Below, piece after piece: positions 25,737 through 39,328 of a DNA stretch of 64,000 nucleotides. Position numbers and translations under genes: made by a program. Every line of letters starts with the position of its first letter. The stretch's first letter is position 1. This DNA comes from Ascoidea asiatica JCM 7603. Taxonomy: Eukaryota > Fungi > Ascomycota. Location: contig BCKQ01000018.1 in NCBI GenBank assembly GCA_001600695.1, positions 43,450 to 107,449 of the forward strand. Direction: 5' to 3'. Below the pieces are notes generated by a model. It ran no database searches, was not told the origin of the DNA, and was given only the letters and a program-made list of their open reading frames with translations.

Positions 25737-26998
25737 GTAATAATAATATAGATATAAATAATAATAACTTATCTGATAATAATTTAAATATAATTCCATC
25801 ATTTTCAAGAAAAAGTTCATTTTCAAATTCAATTAATGATCATCTTAATTCAAATAATAATTTAAATCATAATCATTCTCGTCATAATATACATAATATT
25901 CATAATCGTCATAATAGAAGTACTTCAAATATTATTAATAATAATAATAATAATAATATAAAAGATAATTTAAAAGATAATGAAAGAACTTTAAGTATTG
26001 AAGATTTAATTCAAAAATTATTAGATGCAGGTTATTCTGGTAAAAAAAGTAAAAAATTATGTTTATCAAATAAAGAAATTCAATTAATTTGTTCAAATGC
26101 AAGAGAAATTTTTTTATCACAACCAATTGTTTTAGAATTATCACCACCTGTAAAAATTGTTGGTGATATTCATGGTCAATATGGTGATTTATTAAGAATT
26201 TTTACAAAATGTGGATTTCCACCAGCTTCAAATTATTTATTTTTAGGTGATTATGTTGATAGAGGTAAACAAAGTTTAGAAACTATATTATTATTATTAT
26301 GTTATAAAATTAAATATCCAGAAAATTTTTTTTTATTAAGAGGTAATCATGAATGTGCAAATGTTACAAGAGTTTATGGATTTTATGATGAATGTAAAAG
26401 AAGATGTAATATAAAAACTTGGAAAATTTTTATTGATACTTTTAATACTTTACCAATTACAGCAATTGTTGCAAATAAAATATTTTGTGTTCATGGTGGT
26501 TTATCACCTTCATTAAATTCAATTGAAGAAATTAAAAATATTTCAAGACCAACAGATGTTACAGATTTTGGTTTATTAAGTGATTTATTATGGTCAGATC
26601 CTTCAGATAATAATTTAAATGAATGGGAAGATAATGAAAGAGGTGTAAGTTATTGTTTTTCAAAAATTGCAATAAATAAATTTTTACAAAAATTTAATTT
26701 TGATTTAATTTGTAGAGCTCATATGGTTGTTGAAGATGGTTATGAATTTTTTAATGATAGAACTTTAGTTACAGTATTTAGTGCACCAAATTATTGTGGA
26801 GAATTTGATAATTGGGGTGCAGTAATGTGTGTTGATCAAGAATTATTATGTAGTTTTGAATTATTAGATCCATTAGATTCAAATGCTTTAAAACAAGTTT
26901 TAAGAAAAGGTAAATTAGAAAGAAGACTGTCAGCAAATAGTATGAATCAAAATTTAAATTTAAATTTTAATCAATTATCATTAAATAATAATAATTAA
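24752..26998 (+). CDS. PPZ1: Ser/Thr protein phosphatase Z
   Basis: MGNSSSK myristoylation start, Asn-rich N-terminal half, PP1-like [34 protein letters not shown], and the PPZ-type tail [16 protein letters not shown]. Confidence 0.95.
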
Positions 26999-29761
26999 TA
27001 TTCAATTTTTTTTTATATTTCTATTAAATCATTTTAATTAAACAAAATCATTTTATTTATTAATTTTTAATTTTTATTCATTTTTTACATATATTCTTCT
27101 TCTTCTTCTTTTATTTTTATTTTTATTTTTATTTTTCATTCTAGTTTCTAATTCTATTATGTATATGTTTATTTATTTCTTATTTCTTGTTACTTATTAC
27201 TTATTACTTACCATTTTTACATTTTAATTTTTATATTTTATAGTAATTTTAATAAATAAATATATTTCTGTATATAAAAATTGTTCAATTATCATATACA
27301 GTATAATTTCAAATAACCTTAATTAAGATTTAAAATTAAGCTAAGCTAAAGCACACATAGTTAGTTATTATATAAGCCCACGTGCTAAAAAAAAGAGTTT
27401 TATATTTTTTATTCTAATAGTTTCAAAATAATTCTAATTCTAGAGCTTCAATGTCATATTATTGCCGTGGGATTGAATAAATTCTCAAAGCTTTCAACAT
27501 AATTCACAGCAAAGTTCATATTTTGTGGCAAAAAAATAAGAAAGACATGGAAAAGAGTGCAAATATGGACTCAGAGTCTAGATTGTTTTGAAACACAGGG
27601 TAAGTTTCTATGAATATAATAATAGGGGATAAATAGGGGATATTTCCTGTTGAAACAATAAGATCAGGAAATATCATGTTGTGTTAGCAAAAGTCACGTT
27701 TCAGATCCTAGTATTGGCCTTCATATTAATGGTAATAAGGCTGTTAATAAGAGCCCCAAAGCTTGAAATATTTAAGGAATTTGAAAAAGAAAAGAGGATG
27801 GCAAGTCCAGAACATGGTCACCTGTTTAGACTTTAGGATTATGAATAACTTTCAGAATTGCTTTTTGATTGTGATAAGGCTGAAAATTAAGCCTGGAATA
27901 AATTAAACAGCGACCTTTTTGTTACTTCAGTCACTTCAGTCACCTGGGGTCGATTGATTGTTATCCGAGAAGAAATGATACCGGATTTGGATGTGTAACC
28001 GTCTTCTTCGGAAAAATGCCTCACTCTGGTCAAGATACTAAAACTTCCCAGTTTTTTCTTTCTTCGAGGTACTTGGTTTTCTAGGATTTTCTACCAGCCA
28101 TAATATTATTCAATTATTAAGAATAATTCATATCAATTTATATTAAATCACATACTTTCATAGAAAAATGATTATTGTATTTTTGAATATGATCTGTAGA
28201 ATTAACTGTAGCTGGTAAATTACTTGAATAATCCGGAGGTTATCGCCTGATTTCCATACCAGTAAATGAAAGTAAAAATCTGTAAATACCAATACCCACG
28301 GTATTTGAAGAATGTAATGTTAGGTCTTACAATGTTATGTTGTGTGCAATGGGGCTTAATTTTATTTGTCCCGCATTTCTCACGGCTTCCCATTTGGTTC
28401 CCCAAAATATATCTGGTTGTCGTGACTGGGCATTACCAGATTTCAGATTTAACAACTCATAGCTTTTTACCCGGGTCTTTTATTAACAATTTTCCCAAGA
28501 CCTTGAGTTTGAAGAAAGAAATTCATCCTGGTACGCGCGCGTTTCAGAAATAATTATGGTTCCTGTTAAATTAATATTAGCTTTTAATCTGTACCTGCTG
28601 CCAAGAAACCTCCCAGATAAAGAGTGTTGCGGGTTCCGTGCTTAAAATCAACGGTACCTTTACAAGAGCTCACCCACTTGACACACTTTTTTTTTTATTT
28701 AATTCTAGCCAATTTTGATACAACAACCAGCTAACTTACTTATTTTCCACTTGTTTTCCACTTGTTTGCAGCACCGGGTTGCAAACGAAGTGACCCACAA
28801 CTGACGGGTGAGGAAACGAGTGGCCGCCAGCTGCACTGCTACACGTCCAACCACGCCCAACCACGCCCACACACCTCCCACCTGGCCAGTGGCCGGTATT
28901 TGTTCGAAGTGAAATTCTGGTGCGCATTTTCTTTTTTTTTTCACTTTCACTTTCACCTAAAGGTTAATTATGGTAATAATATTAATAATAATATTAATAA
29001 TAATATTAATAATATTAATACGTAATAAGAAAAACACCTAAAAGAAGTATTAAAATAGTATTAAATTATTAAAATATTGAAATATTGAAGTAATTAACTA
29101 ATATTACTCTGGAGTTAAAATTTCTGATTCCTCTGGTTTTCTGGTTTTCTGGTTTTTTGCTTTAATTTCTTACTTTTTTCCTGTTTTTTTCCTTTTTCAT
29201 TTATTACTTTTTATTTTCTTTTAATTCATTCATTCATCTTTATATTCATTTTCATTTTAATTTTAAAATTATCATTTATTTGATTCATTCTCTCTTTAAT
29301 TATTTAACTAAAAAACAATATAAAAAAAAACTATTAAAAAACTATTAAAAAACTATTAAAAAACTATTAAAATTTCTAATAAAAGGCTTAAAATAAGCAT
29401 TTATCAAAAAAAGTAAAAAGAAATATTTGAAATTTATTTATTTATTTATTATACTGACTTTAATTAAATTTATTTAATTCTTATTCAATTATTTTTAATA
29501 TTAATAATTAAAAAGATTTAAATAATATTCATTCATTTAAAATTTAAAAGAAACTTTCATTCATTTATATTTTATATATATTTAAATATATTTATATATA
29601 TTTATATAATCATTTAATTTCTTTATTATTTTTCATCCATTATCTTATCTTAAATTGTTTTTTTTTTTGTTTTCAATTTGATTTAATTATTTTATTTATA
29701 TTATTAACTATATACATTCCTTAAATTATAATAATTAAATTATAATAATTAAATTATAATA

Positions 29762-31363
29762 ATGATATTCTCAAATTCATTCATTTTAACTTCTTTAGCT
29801 TTTTTATTTAATTCAAATAAAATTTCTGCTTCTTCTTGTACTGAAGTTGATGGTAATTATTATTGTGATGATACATCTGCTGTAATTTATTCAGGTATTG
29901 GTTATTCTGGTTCTTATAAAGATGTAACTGCAATGGATGAATCTTCTTGTGATTGTACTCAATCTGAAGTTACTTTTTCTGGTAATTTATCTCCTTTAAA
30001 TGAAGAATTATCTATTCATTTTAGAGGTCCTTTAAAATTATTACAATTTGGTGTTTATTATCCATCTTCTTCATCTTCTTCATCTTCAACTTCTTCAAAA
30101 AAAAAAAGAAATGCAAAACCACAACCTGAAGCTATTAATGCTCATGCTCATAATTATCATCATAAACATCATGCTCATAAAAGAGAAGCTGAAACAATGA
30201 CTGTTGCTTTAACTGAAACTGTTTATGTTGATGATGATGGTGTTTCAACAACTGTTTTAGAATCAACTCCTGTTGCTTCAACTATTGCTCAAACAACTGA
30301 AAATGAATTAGATGTTGCTGCTATTAAAACAACTTCTACTTTAGCTTCTTCTATTTCTTCAACCACTGAAGTTTCTGAAATTGAATCTTCTTCTGATTGG
30401 ACTTCTTCTACTTCAACTCAAACTTCAACCATTTATTATACTCTTGATACTGATGAAAGTTCTTCTGCTGTTGAAACTTCTTCTTTATCATCATCATCAT
30501 CATCATCAAAAGTTTCTTCAAAAGTTTCTTCAAAAGCTTCTTCTACATCAGCTTCATCTACCAAAACTTCATCAAAAGCTTCAAGTTCTTCATCAAAAAC
30601 TTCATCTACCTCAACTTCTACTTCAACTGGTTCTTGGGAAAGATTATCTTATTTTGAACCTGGTTCAACAACAAATGTAACTTTTTTAAATACTTTAGGT
30701 GGTAAAACTGATTCTGGTACTTGGTCTTCATGTTTTGGTAATTCTCTTTCTTATTGTGCTGCAAATGGTGAAGATGCTTCTTCTGATGCTGTTGCACTTA
30801 AAGAAGTTACTGTTCCTTCTGATACTGAATATATGATTTTCTCAGGTTCTGATTGTAATGATACTGATGTTGGTGATTGTGGTTATTATAGATCTGGTAT
30901 TCCTGCTTATCATGGTTTTGGTGGTGATCATAAATTATTTGTTTTTGAATTTGAAATGCCAACTGATTCTGATGATTCAACTACAACTAATTTTGATATG
31001 CCTGCAATTTGGTTATTAAATGCTAAAATTCCAAGAACTTTACAATACGGTGATTCTTCATGTTCATGTTGGTCAACTGGTTGTGGTGAATTAGATTTAT
31101 TTGAAATTTTAAGTTCTGGTTCTTCAAAATTAATTTCTCATTTACATGATGGTCAAGGTGATGATGGTACTTCAACTGGTGGTAGTGGTTCTTCTGATTA
31201 TTTCGATAGACCAACTTCTTCTTCAATGAAAGCTGTTGTTGTTATGAGTGGTTCAACTATTAGTATTGTTAAAGTTGATGATGATACTGATTTTGGTTCA
31301 TCTTTAGATGCTGATACTGTCAATGGTTGGTTAGAAACTAGTGGTTCAGATGTTTCTTTATAA
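29762..31363 (+). CDS. TOS1: Secreted cell wall protein Tos1 (GH16-like putative glucanase)
   Basis: Signal peptide, GNYYC, FSGNLSPLNEELSIHFRGPLKLLQFGVYYP, Ser/Thr linker, DMPAIWLLNAKIPRTLQYG, GCGELDLFE. Confidence 0.93.
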   Translation: MIFSNSFILTSLAFLFNSNKISASSCTEVDGNYYCDDTSAVIYSGIGYSGSYKDVTAMDESSCDCTQSEVTFSGNLSPLNEELSIHFRGPLKLLQFGVYYPSSSSSSSSTSSKKKRNAKPQPEAINAHAHNYHHKHHAHKREAETMTVALTETVYVDDDGVSTTVLESTPVASTIAQTTENELDVAAIKTTSTLASSISSTTEVSEIESSSDWTSSTSTQTSTIYYTLDTDESSSAVETSSLSSSSSSSKVSSKVSSKASSTSASSTKTSSKASSSSSKTSSTSTSTSTGSWERLSYFEPGSTTNVTFLNTLGGKTDSGTWSSCFGNSLSYCAANGEDASSDAVALKEVTVPSDTEYMIFSGSDCNDTDVGDCGYYRSGIPAYHGFGGDHKLFVFEFEMPTDSDDSTTTNFDMPAIWLLNAKIPRTLQYGDSSCSCWSTGCGELDLFEILSSGSSKLISHLHDGQGDDGTSTGGSGSSDYFDRPTSSSMKAVVVMSGSTISIVKVDDDTDFGSSLDADTVNGWLETSGSDVSL

Positions 31364-32486
31364 ACAATTTGAATTCATTAAAATTAATTAAAATTTATCA
31401 AATTTTAAGTTTTTTTTTTTAAAGTTTTATTTTTTAACATTTGTTTATTTTTAAAACTTATATTTTTTATATTATCAATATTTTAAATTTAAATCTTTTT
31501 TTTATCTTATCCATCAAATTAATTTTAAAAATTAAAGCCAAATTAAAAAAAAAATCAAAAAAAAATTTTAAAAATATAAACGGTTTTTAATAACTATTTG
31601 GACTTTATTTTTTCGTTTCAAATTCTTTAACATCCCTATATAATTCTTTATTTCTTTCAAGGCTTCTTTTGGATCTTCTTTTTTCTTTTATTCTTTTCTT
31701 TTTCTCTTTTCCAATATCTTTTGCTCTGTTTTGTGATTATCCTGGAGGGTTGAATTTTGTTATTTCGTATTTTTTTTTTCATTAGTTGTCCTTATTTAGT
31801 TTGTTTTATAAATTGAAATTTTATTTTGTATATTAAATCTATTGTGTTTTGTAATAATCACAAATTATTTGTATATATATATATGAATATTATTTAAATT
31901 TTCCAATTTTAAATTTTGATTTTATCCCCACTTGATTGACTGTATTTCATGAACAATTCAATTTTATTTAGCATAATATCAAAATTTTTCTCAAAGTCAC
32001 TAGAATTCAAAGGCTGAGAATATTAATTGAAATAACTTATTCATATAATTAAAAAAGTACAACTATTATGTTAGAAACATTTTTCAAGAATAGAAAAAAG
32101 TACCAAATGAGTTTGTCTCACTCATTTGATTGACATTCAAGAAGGCTTCAATTTCCTTCAACAAATTACAAATCTGGGAACCATGCTTTTGGAATAATAA
32201 TTCTGAAAAAAGCTTTGAAAACCTTCAAAACAATCCAGTTTCAGAAACATTATTATTCTGGAATAAACACTTTTAAAAATATTGAAGTCTTCTTGATCCT
32301 TCTGTTAATTTAATTCGTGTAAAAAAAGTTTAATATTAGTAAAATGGTCACGTGCCGTATTATATTTGCTTTTCTTCTTTTCGAAAAAAGTTGAAATTGA
32401 TGAAAGTGTTTTTGAAAAACAATGAAAAAAAGATATAGAACTTATTAATAAAAAATTGATATTACCATAATTGCAAAGTATTTAAA

Positions 32487-33008
32487 ATGCCTATTAAACC
32501 AATATTTGTTGCTTCAAAGCCAATGAATGGTCTTGGTGCCTTCATATTACCAGTATGTTTAATCTTACTTATTTGTTTTTAATTAATAGTCTAGTATCTT
32601 TTAAAGAAACTTATGCTAACAAAGTAATAATTTTTATTCTCAAATTTGTTTTAGTGTAAAAGAATAACATTACAATATTGTAACTGGAATGGTTCTTCTG
32701 AAGGTTTACGTAAATTCATTATGAATGATCTTAGAGATTATGCTAAACAAAATCCAATAATTCAATTTAATTTATTAAAAAAATCAGGACATCCTGTTGT
32801 CAGAGGGTTTTATACAACTGGTGATATCAAATCAATTTCAACAAGAAATTTAACTCCAAAAGAAATAAAAGATAAATTGGATATATTGAAAAACTCTTCT
32901 CATGCCAAATTATCTAAATATCATCAAGCTGTTAAATCTTATAATGAAAGTCCAAGAGGTATTTGGAGTCCATTCCATTTAGATCCTTCTTTAAGACACA
33001 AAATTTAA
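32487..33008 (+). CDS. MRPL51: Mitochondrial ribosomal protein mL43; two exons 32487-32552 and 32655-33008
   Basis: Spliced product MPIKPIFVASKPMNGLGAFILP|CKRITLQYCNWNGSSEGLRKF...KSGHPVVRG...RGIWSPFH...RHKI matches Mrpl51. Confidence 0.93.
32553..32654 (+). other. Spliceosomal intron (102 nt, phase 0) in MRPL51
   Basis: GTATGT donor, TGCTAAC branch site (32614-32620), TAG acceptor; removal restores the frame and the conserved sequence. Confidence 0.92.
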
Positions 33009-33205
33009 ACTATGAGATACATGTAAATAATGATCATAACGATTCCTTTTCTTTTAGTTATAATTAGTCTTGTTTATCTTTTCAAAAAAAATAAATGAAT
33101 TTCTACAAATTTTTTTTTCTATAAATATTTATAAATTCTATTATACATTGTCATAAACATAATTATATTATACATTATAAAAAAAAATAACTTGACCCAA
33201 TCAAT

Positions 33206-36200
33206 TTACTTGTAATTAAGAATAGAAGTTGATTTATTTCCATTAAATAAATGAAACTTACTATTAATTCTACTACCAAGTCTAATTTTTTTTACTGTTC
33301 TTTTTTTCCCTCCAAAAAGATTTTCTATTGATTCCTGTCTTCCGTTTTTAACTTTATCATTAATAATGTTTTCTTTCTTTCCACATGCGTAATAAGAATC
33401 AGATTTCCTCCCTTCAATATCAACTTTGCAACTGTTGCTTTCTGAGCACAATGAATCTGATGAACTACTATCAGTCTTCAAAGACCTTAAAGACCTCATC
33501 GAATGCACTTTTCTCATGGTTTTCTCTTTAGTACTGTTTTTGTTACTATTATTAGATTCTTCTAATATGGAAGATAAATTAGGTGGTTGCAAAATTTCAT
33601 CCATACTGATACTGTTTGGATTTGAATTCGGAAACAGAAGTGAAACAGGAGATAAATAATTCTCTTTCATTCTTTCCTCGTTATCAATTTCAACTAAATT
33701 TATAAGTTTATTTGAAATAAGATCGGTTGATAAAATATTCTTTTTTGGAGTCATTGTTAATGTTTCTTTAGATTTAGTTAAATCTCCTGAAACACTACTT
33801 GATATCGAAGTTAATCTACTACTTCTCCCAATCCTTAAGAATTGTAAATAGGATTCAAGAATGTGACAGTAATCATTATATTTTTTTTCTTCTGGACATT
33901 GTTCTTTACCATCATTTCCTTCTTCATCCATATTAATAAACAGCCTATCATCATTTCGTAAATAATCTTGATTATCAATTTCACTTTCAATATAATATAT
34001 TAAACTACTGATTTTAAACTTTTCAAACCATAATATTTGTAAATGAGATAAATAAATTCGACTGGCAAAATTCGCTAATAAAGCTTTGGTCTTTGTTTGT
34101 AAAGGAATTAATTCTTTCATAAAATTAACAATTCTTATTGTGCTATCAATCAAGTCCACAATATATTTGAAATCATCTTTAAGAGTAATATATCTTTCGC
34201 TAATACTTTGAGAGTCTTTAGAACATATTGAAAAATAATTTATAGATTTATCAAAAATCATAGGGGAAGTAGGAATTGAAAAATCAATAGCTCCACAAGA
34301 TGAAACACTTGATAGATAATTAATACAATTAACCCAATCCATAAGCTGCTTGAAAGAATTACAACTGAAAGTTTCCTTAGTATCAAACGATTCAAACTTT
34401 CTACTGTTGAGCCAGGATTGATCATCAGGAGTAATGAATGAATGAGAAGAGCAACATATAGCAAAACTATATTGTTCATTTTTCTGCCCGTTTTTAAGAT
34501 TTGTATTATATGCAAAAATTTTTGCAATTGGAATAGCACAAACAAGATTAGGATTGGTTAGACTATTAAAAAGAGAATTAAAATTGATATTTGATTTGAT
34601 ATGATTAGATTTTAGATCAGACTCATCTTCTTTTTCATCTGTATTTTTGGATTTAAATTTATTTTCTAAAGATGAAAAGGATTCTTCTGACATTTCGTTC
34701 ATCCAATTTAAGTTTTTGAAAATAAAAAACCCAAAGGATGTTAGAATGCAATAAGATTTTTTCCAAGAAGAGCTCATAGTATTATTCATAGGAATATCAT
34801 CTTTAAACCCTTTGCCTTTTGGTTTTCCTTTTGGCTTCTTTCTGTTTTTAGCCAAAAAATTCACTCTTGATTGTTCATGATAGAGAATACCAACTTTTAA
34901 AACTCTAACTAAATATCTTTTCTCAACTTTTTTTTCTTTTTCAAAATCAGACTCACTTTTTCTATTATCAGAAACATCTTCTTCAGATGATAAACTTTTC
35001 CTATCCAAACATAAAGAATGAAGGGAATCGGAGGAGGCTTTTTCAATCGATTCTTCTTCATTTAACGACTTTGAACTTGTATAATTATCTAATTTTAAAT
35101 CAAACTTTGAATTTTCATTTTCATTTAAATCAGTTATTTTCAAATGAAAACTATTAATTAAATATTTCGAAATTGAAAATGCACCAGGAAATTCTAAATT
35201 GACAATTGGAAGTGATTCTGAAATTGATTTTTTGATTCTTGAATGAGAAAAATCATCTTCAATTGAGTTTTCTCCGTTAAATTCAATTAAGCTTTCAAAA
35301 AAATCTTCATAAGAATCAGTTAAATCATAACTTGATAAATCCACTTTCATAAACAGTAAATCTGATAAATCACTAGAATTATAAACCAAAGCTAATAAAT
35401 TTGAAGAACTATTCCATCCAAAAGTAGAACTTCTTCTTCGTAATGTTTGAGTAGGCAAAGGTGTTTGTGAAGTTAAATTTTGTTGCTTAGAAAAACTTGG
35501 TTGTTTAGTTAAAGAAGGAGCTTTACTTGGTGATTCATTTTCTAAAACTGATTTGAATGGAATAGCAGTTATATTATCAAAAAAATATTCACTTAATTCT
35601 TGAGATAATAAACTAAATAAAGAATTTCCTTTAATAGAATGAGTAAGATCTTTTTGTTTTCTTTTTCTTTCAGCTTCTTTTTTGAAATTTGTTATTATAT
35701 TGAAGTAATCAGTTTTTGTCATTTTAGATTTATTATTTTTATTAAAATGATCAGTATGTAAAACAACTAATGAAAATAATAAAGTATAAATTTCATCAAC
35801 TGATTGAAAAAAACATCTAGAAATGGATTGATGAATAATTATTTCATCTTTTGGAGTTAATTCTTTAAAATTTTGAATATGTTTTAAATTTAAAAAATAA
35901 TAATATGTCATTGATAAACATTCTAAAACCATATCTATTTTTTCAGTTTCATTTGGTAATTTATTGAAAAAAAGAAATTTTCGTAATATTAAATCTATTG
36001 GTATAATATAAACTTTATTAATTAAATCATTTAAATCCATTTTAAAAAAATTAAAATAAATATCTGAATTTAAATTTGAATTATTATTATTTTTTATAGA
36101 TATTATTTCAAAAATAGATTTATTCACAGCCATTTGATTAAATGGATTTATTTCTTTTTCTAATAAAGGTTCATTATAAATAATATTAAATAAAAATAAA

Positions 36201-37069
36201 TAAAGATAATAAATTAAACAATTTTTATAAAATTCAAAATCTTTATTAAAACAAAAATTATCTTTAATTGAATAATTTGAATAATTAAATGAATAATTTT
36301 TATTTTTAGATGCAAAAGAATATTTTGAAGATAAAATATCAACAATTTCATAAGAAAATCCATTATCAAATAATTTCATAATATAATCTTTATAATCATT
36401 ATTAAATTCAGGTGATGGAATATCATTCAGATTAAAAGTACCTAAATTTCTAATTTTATTTTTTAATTTTAATTGTGAAAAATCTTCAAAAGAAGATAAT
36501 GAAGTTGAAGTTGAATTTGAATGATTTCTTTTTTTATCAGAAATTATACTTGGATATGAATTTGAAGAATCATTTGAAAATCTTGAAAGAAAAGTTGGAA
36601 TAATAATATTTTTTTTATTTTTATTTAAAGAAGATAATTTTGAATAACTACCATCAAATTCAGATATTGGACTTGAAGGTAAATTATTATCTAAATTATA
36701 AGTACTAGTTCTTTTATATAATAAAGTAATTTTTGGATTTAAATTATTAGATAATGAACCAAGAGTTTTACTTCTTCTTCTATTAATTAAATTAATTTTT
36801 GTTGGAGATAAACTATGAGATTTTAAAATTTGAGAACTATTGTTATTAGATGATGTATTATTATTATTATCTCTTTTTTTAATTGAAATTATTGGAAAAT
36901 TATTATTATTTGAAAATTTAGAAGTTATTGATAAACTTCTTTTACTTCTTGAAAGTAATGAATTTTTACTTTCAAAGAAATTATCAGTTGAATAAGATAT
37001 ATTTTTAATAAATTTTGGTTTAACTTTAATTTCAATTTCATTACCACTACAACTTGAACTTAAATTATC

Positions 37070-37104
<35 letters not shown>

Positions 37105-37627
37105 CATTATTATTATCATTATTATTATCATTATTATTTTCATTAATATTATTGTTATTTTGATTATTTAAACTATTTATAGATTGAATTTCAGAATTAT
37201 TATTAATTGAATCAAAGAATAAAGAAACAGTTTTTGATTTTAATTTTTGAAAAGGTAAAATAAAAGAAGATTTACTTTTTTTAAGAGTATTTAATTTAAT
37301 ATTTGAATTTGAATTTGAATTTGAATTTGAATTTGAATTTGAATTTGAATTTGAGTTTGAATTTGAAATTTTTTTTTTATTAAGAAATTTAAAGGATGAG
37401 CCAGCTCATTAATTTCTTTTTTTAAATTACTATTTATATTATTATTTATATCATTATTTATATCATTATTTATATTATTATCTTTAATTTCATTAATTTC
37501 ATTAATTTGATTAATTTCATCATTATTTATAATATTTAAATCATTATTAATTTTAATTAAAGGAATTTTAAATTTATTTTTATTTTTATTTAAATTTAAA
37601 TTATTTAAAGAATTATAATTTAATAAA

Positions 37628-37701
<74 letters not shown>

Positions 37702-38682
37702 TAATGATAAAATTTGAGAAATTTCAAATGAATTTATATTTGAATTTGAAATTGAAATTGAATTATTAAAATTATGTCTTTGACGAATATGTTTATGTTG
37801 ATTAATTGAATTATTTGAAGAATTATTATCAAATGAGAGTTGTAAAGTTTTATCATTATCATTATTATTATCTAATTCATTAATACTTTTATTATCATTA
37901 ATTGAATTTAAAGTTATTAAAGATTGAGTAGAGATTGAATTTAAAGAATTAATTAAATTTAATGAATTATTTGATTTATTTGAATGAATTGAATATAAAT
38001 TTGATAAAGTATTATTATTTAATGAATTATTTAATGAATTATTTAATGAATTATTTAATGAATAATTTAATGAATCATTTATTGAATCATTTGCAGTATA
38101 TAAACTTCTTGAATCATTTGAAATTGAATTATTTAAATTATTTAAATTATTTAAATTATTTAAATTATTTAAATTACTTGGAAATATAATTAAAGGATTA
38201 TTTGAAATATTATCAATATTATCAAAAGAATCAAAATATTTATTATTTAAATTGTTATTTATGTTATTATTTATGTTATTATTTATGTTATTATTTATGT
38301 TATTATTTATATTTGAAATGATTTTTTTTTTTCTTTTAATTTTATTAAACATTTTTTTCATTTTTATAGTATTTGAAATATTATTTTCATTATCATTATC
38401 ATTTTCATTATCATTATCATTATCATTATCATTTTCATTATCATTATTTATATTTATATTTACATTTTGATTATTATTGATATTATTATTAATATTATTA
38501 ATATTATTATTATTTACATTTAAAATAGTCTTATTACTTATCACAGGTATTATTGAAACAGTTTTTATATTTGAATTATTTGAATTATTTGAATTATTTA
38601 AATTGGCGGTTATATTTTGATTATGATTATGATTATGATTATGATTATGATTATGATTATTGTTATGATTACTATTATTCAT
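33206..38682 (-). CDS. SYT1: Sec7-domain/PH-domain Arf GEF (SYT1-like); probably one gene of about 1825 aa with a -1 frame break at about 37300-37405
   Basis: PIDLILRKFL..KLPNETEKID (Sec7 glutamic finger), LVVLHTDHFNKNNKSKMTK, and PH-like WKKSYCILTSFGFFIFK. The frame is open 342 codons upstream of the ATG at 36379 (to 37405) and overlaps ORF 37291..38682. Confidence 0.75.
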
Positions 38683-38828
38683 TATTTTAATATATTTTTG
38701 AATAGTTTTAATTATAAATATAAATATAAATATAAGAATTATTGAAATATTTTAAATAAATTAATATTTAAAAATGTATTAATATTAAGAATGATATTGA
38801 TATTGATAGTAAGTTATTAATAATTATT

Positions 38829-38904
38829 GTTGAAGAAGAAGAAGAAGAAGAAGAAGAAGAAGAAGAAGAAGAAGCAGAAGATGGTGGTGGTGGTGGTGGT
38901 GGTG
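38829..38904. repeat. Compound microsatellite (GAA)n(GGT)n
   Basis: Directly visible; it generates the spurious poly-K/poly-F ORFs. Confidence 0.9.
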
Positions 38905-39183
38905 GATTTGCTACGGCAATTCATTCCAGACGAGTCGCCGTTGGCTTTCAGCGGGAGTGGCAGCAGACCTGCACTGCCACGCTTACAGCCACGCCGAGGA
39001 TGGGCACTACCAGAGCCGTGGGTCTTTAGTTTCATCGTTTGTGTGTGATTTAAAATAATAACAAGATAATCAAGATAATAATAATCATTCAATAAATATG
39101 TCAATAAACAAATAAATATTACATAATCTAAATGTAATCTAAAGTTCGTAACCACACGGACGCGGCACGGATCCATCTTCATT

Positions 39184-39222
39184 CTCCCCCGGATATACTC
39201 CCCGGATATACTCCCCGGATAT
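39184..39222. promoter_or_regulatory. Triple 13-bp repeat ctccccggatata forming three Mig1/CreA-like sites
   Basis: Reverse strand reads (T)ATATCCGGGG, i.e. AT box plus SYGGGG, in the SYT1/METTL16 divergent promoter. Confidence 0.45.
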
Positions 39223-39328
39223 TATCAAAATAAAAAAGAACGTTTATTTGAAATATATAAAATAAACAATAGAATATACACATATAAACATATAAACATT
39301 ATATATTATATAAATTAATAACAAAAAA

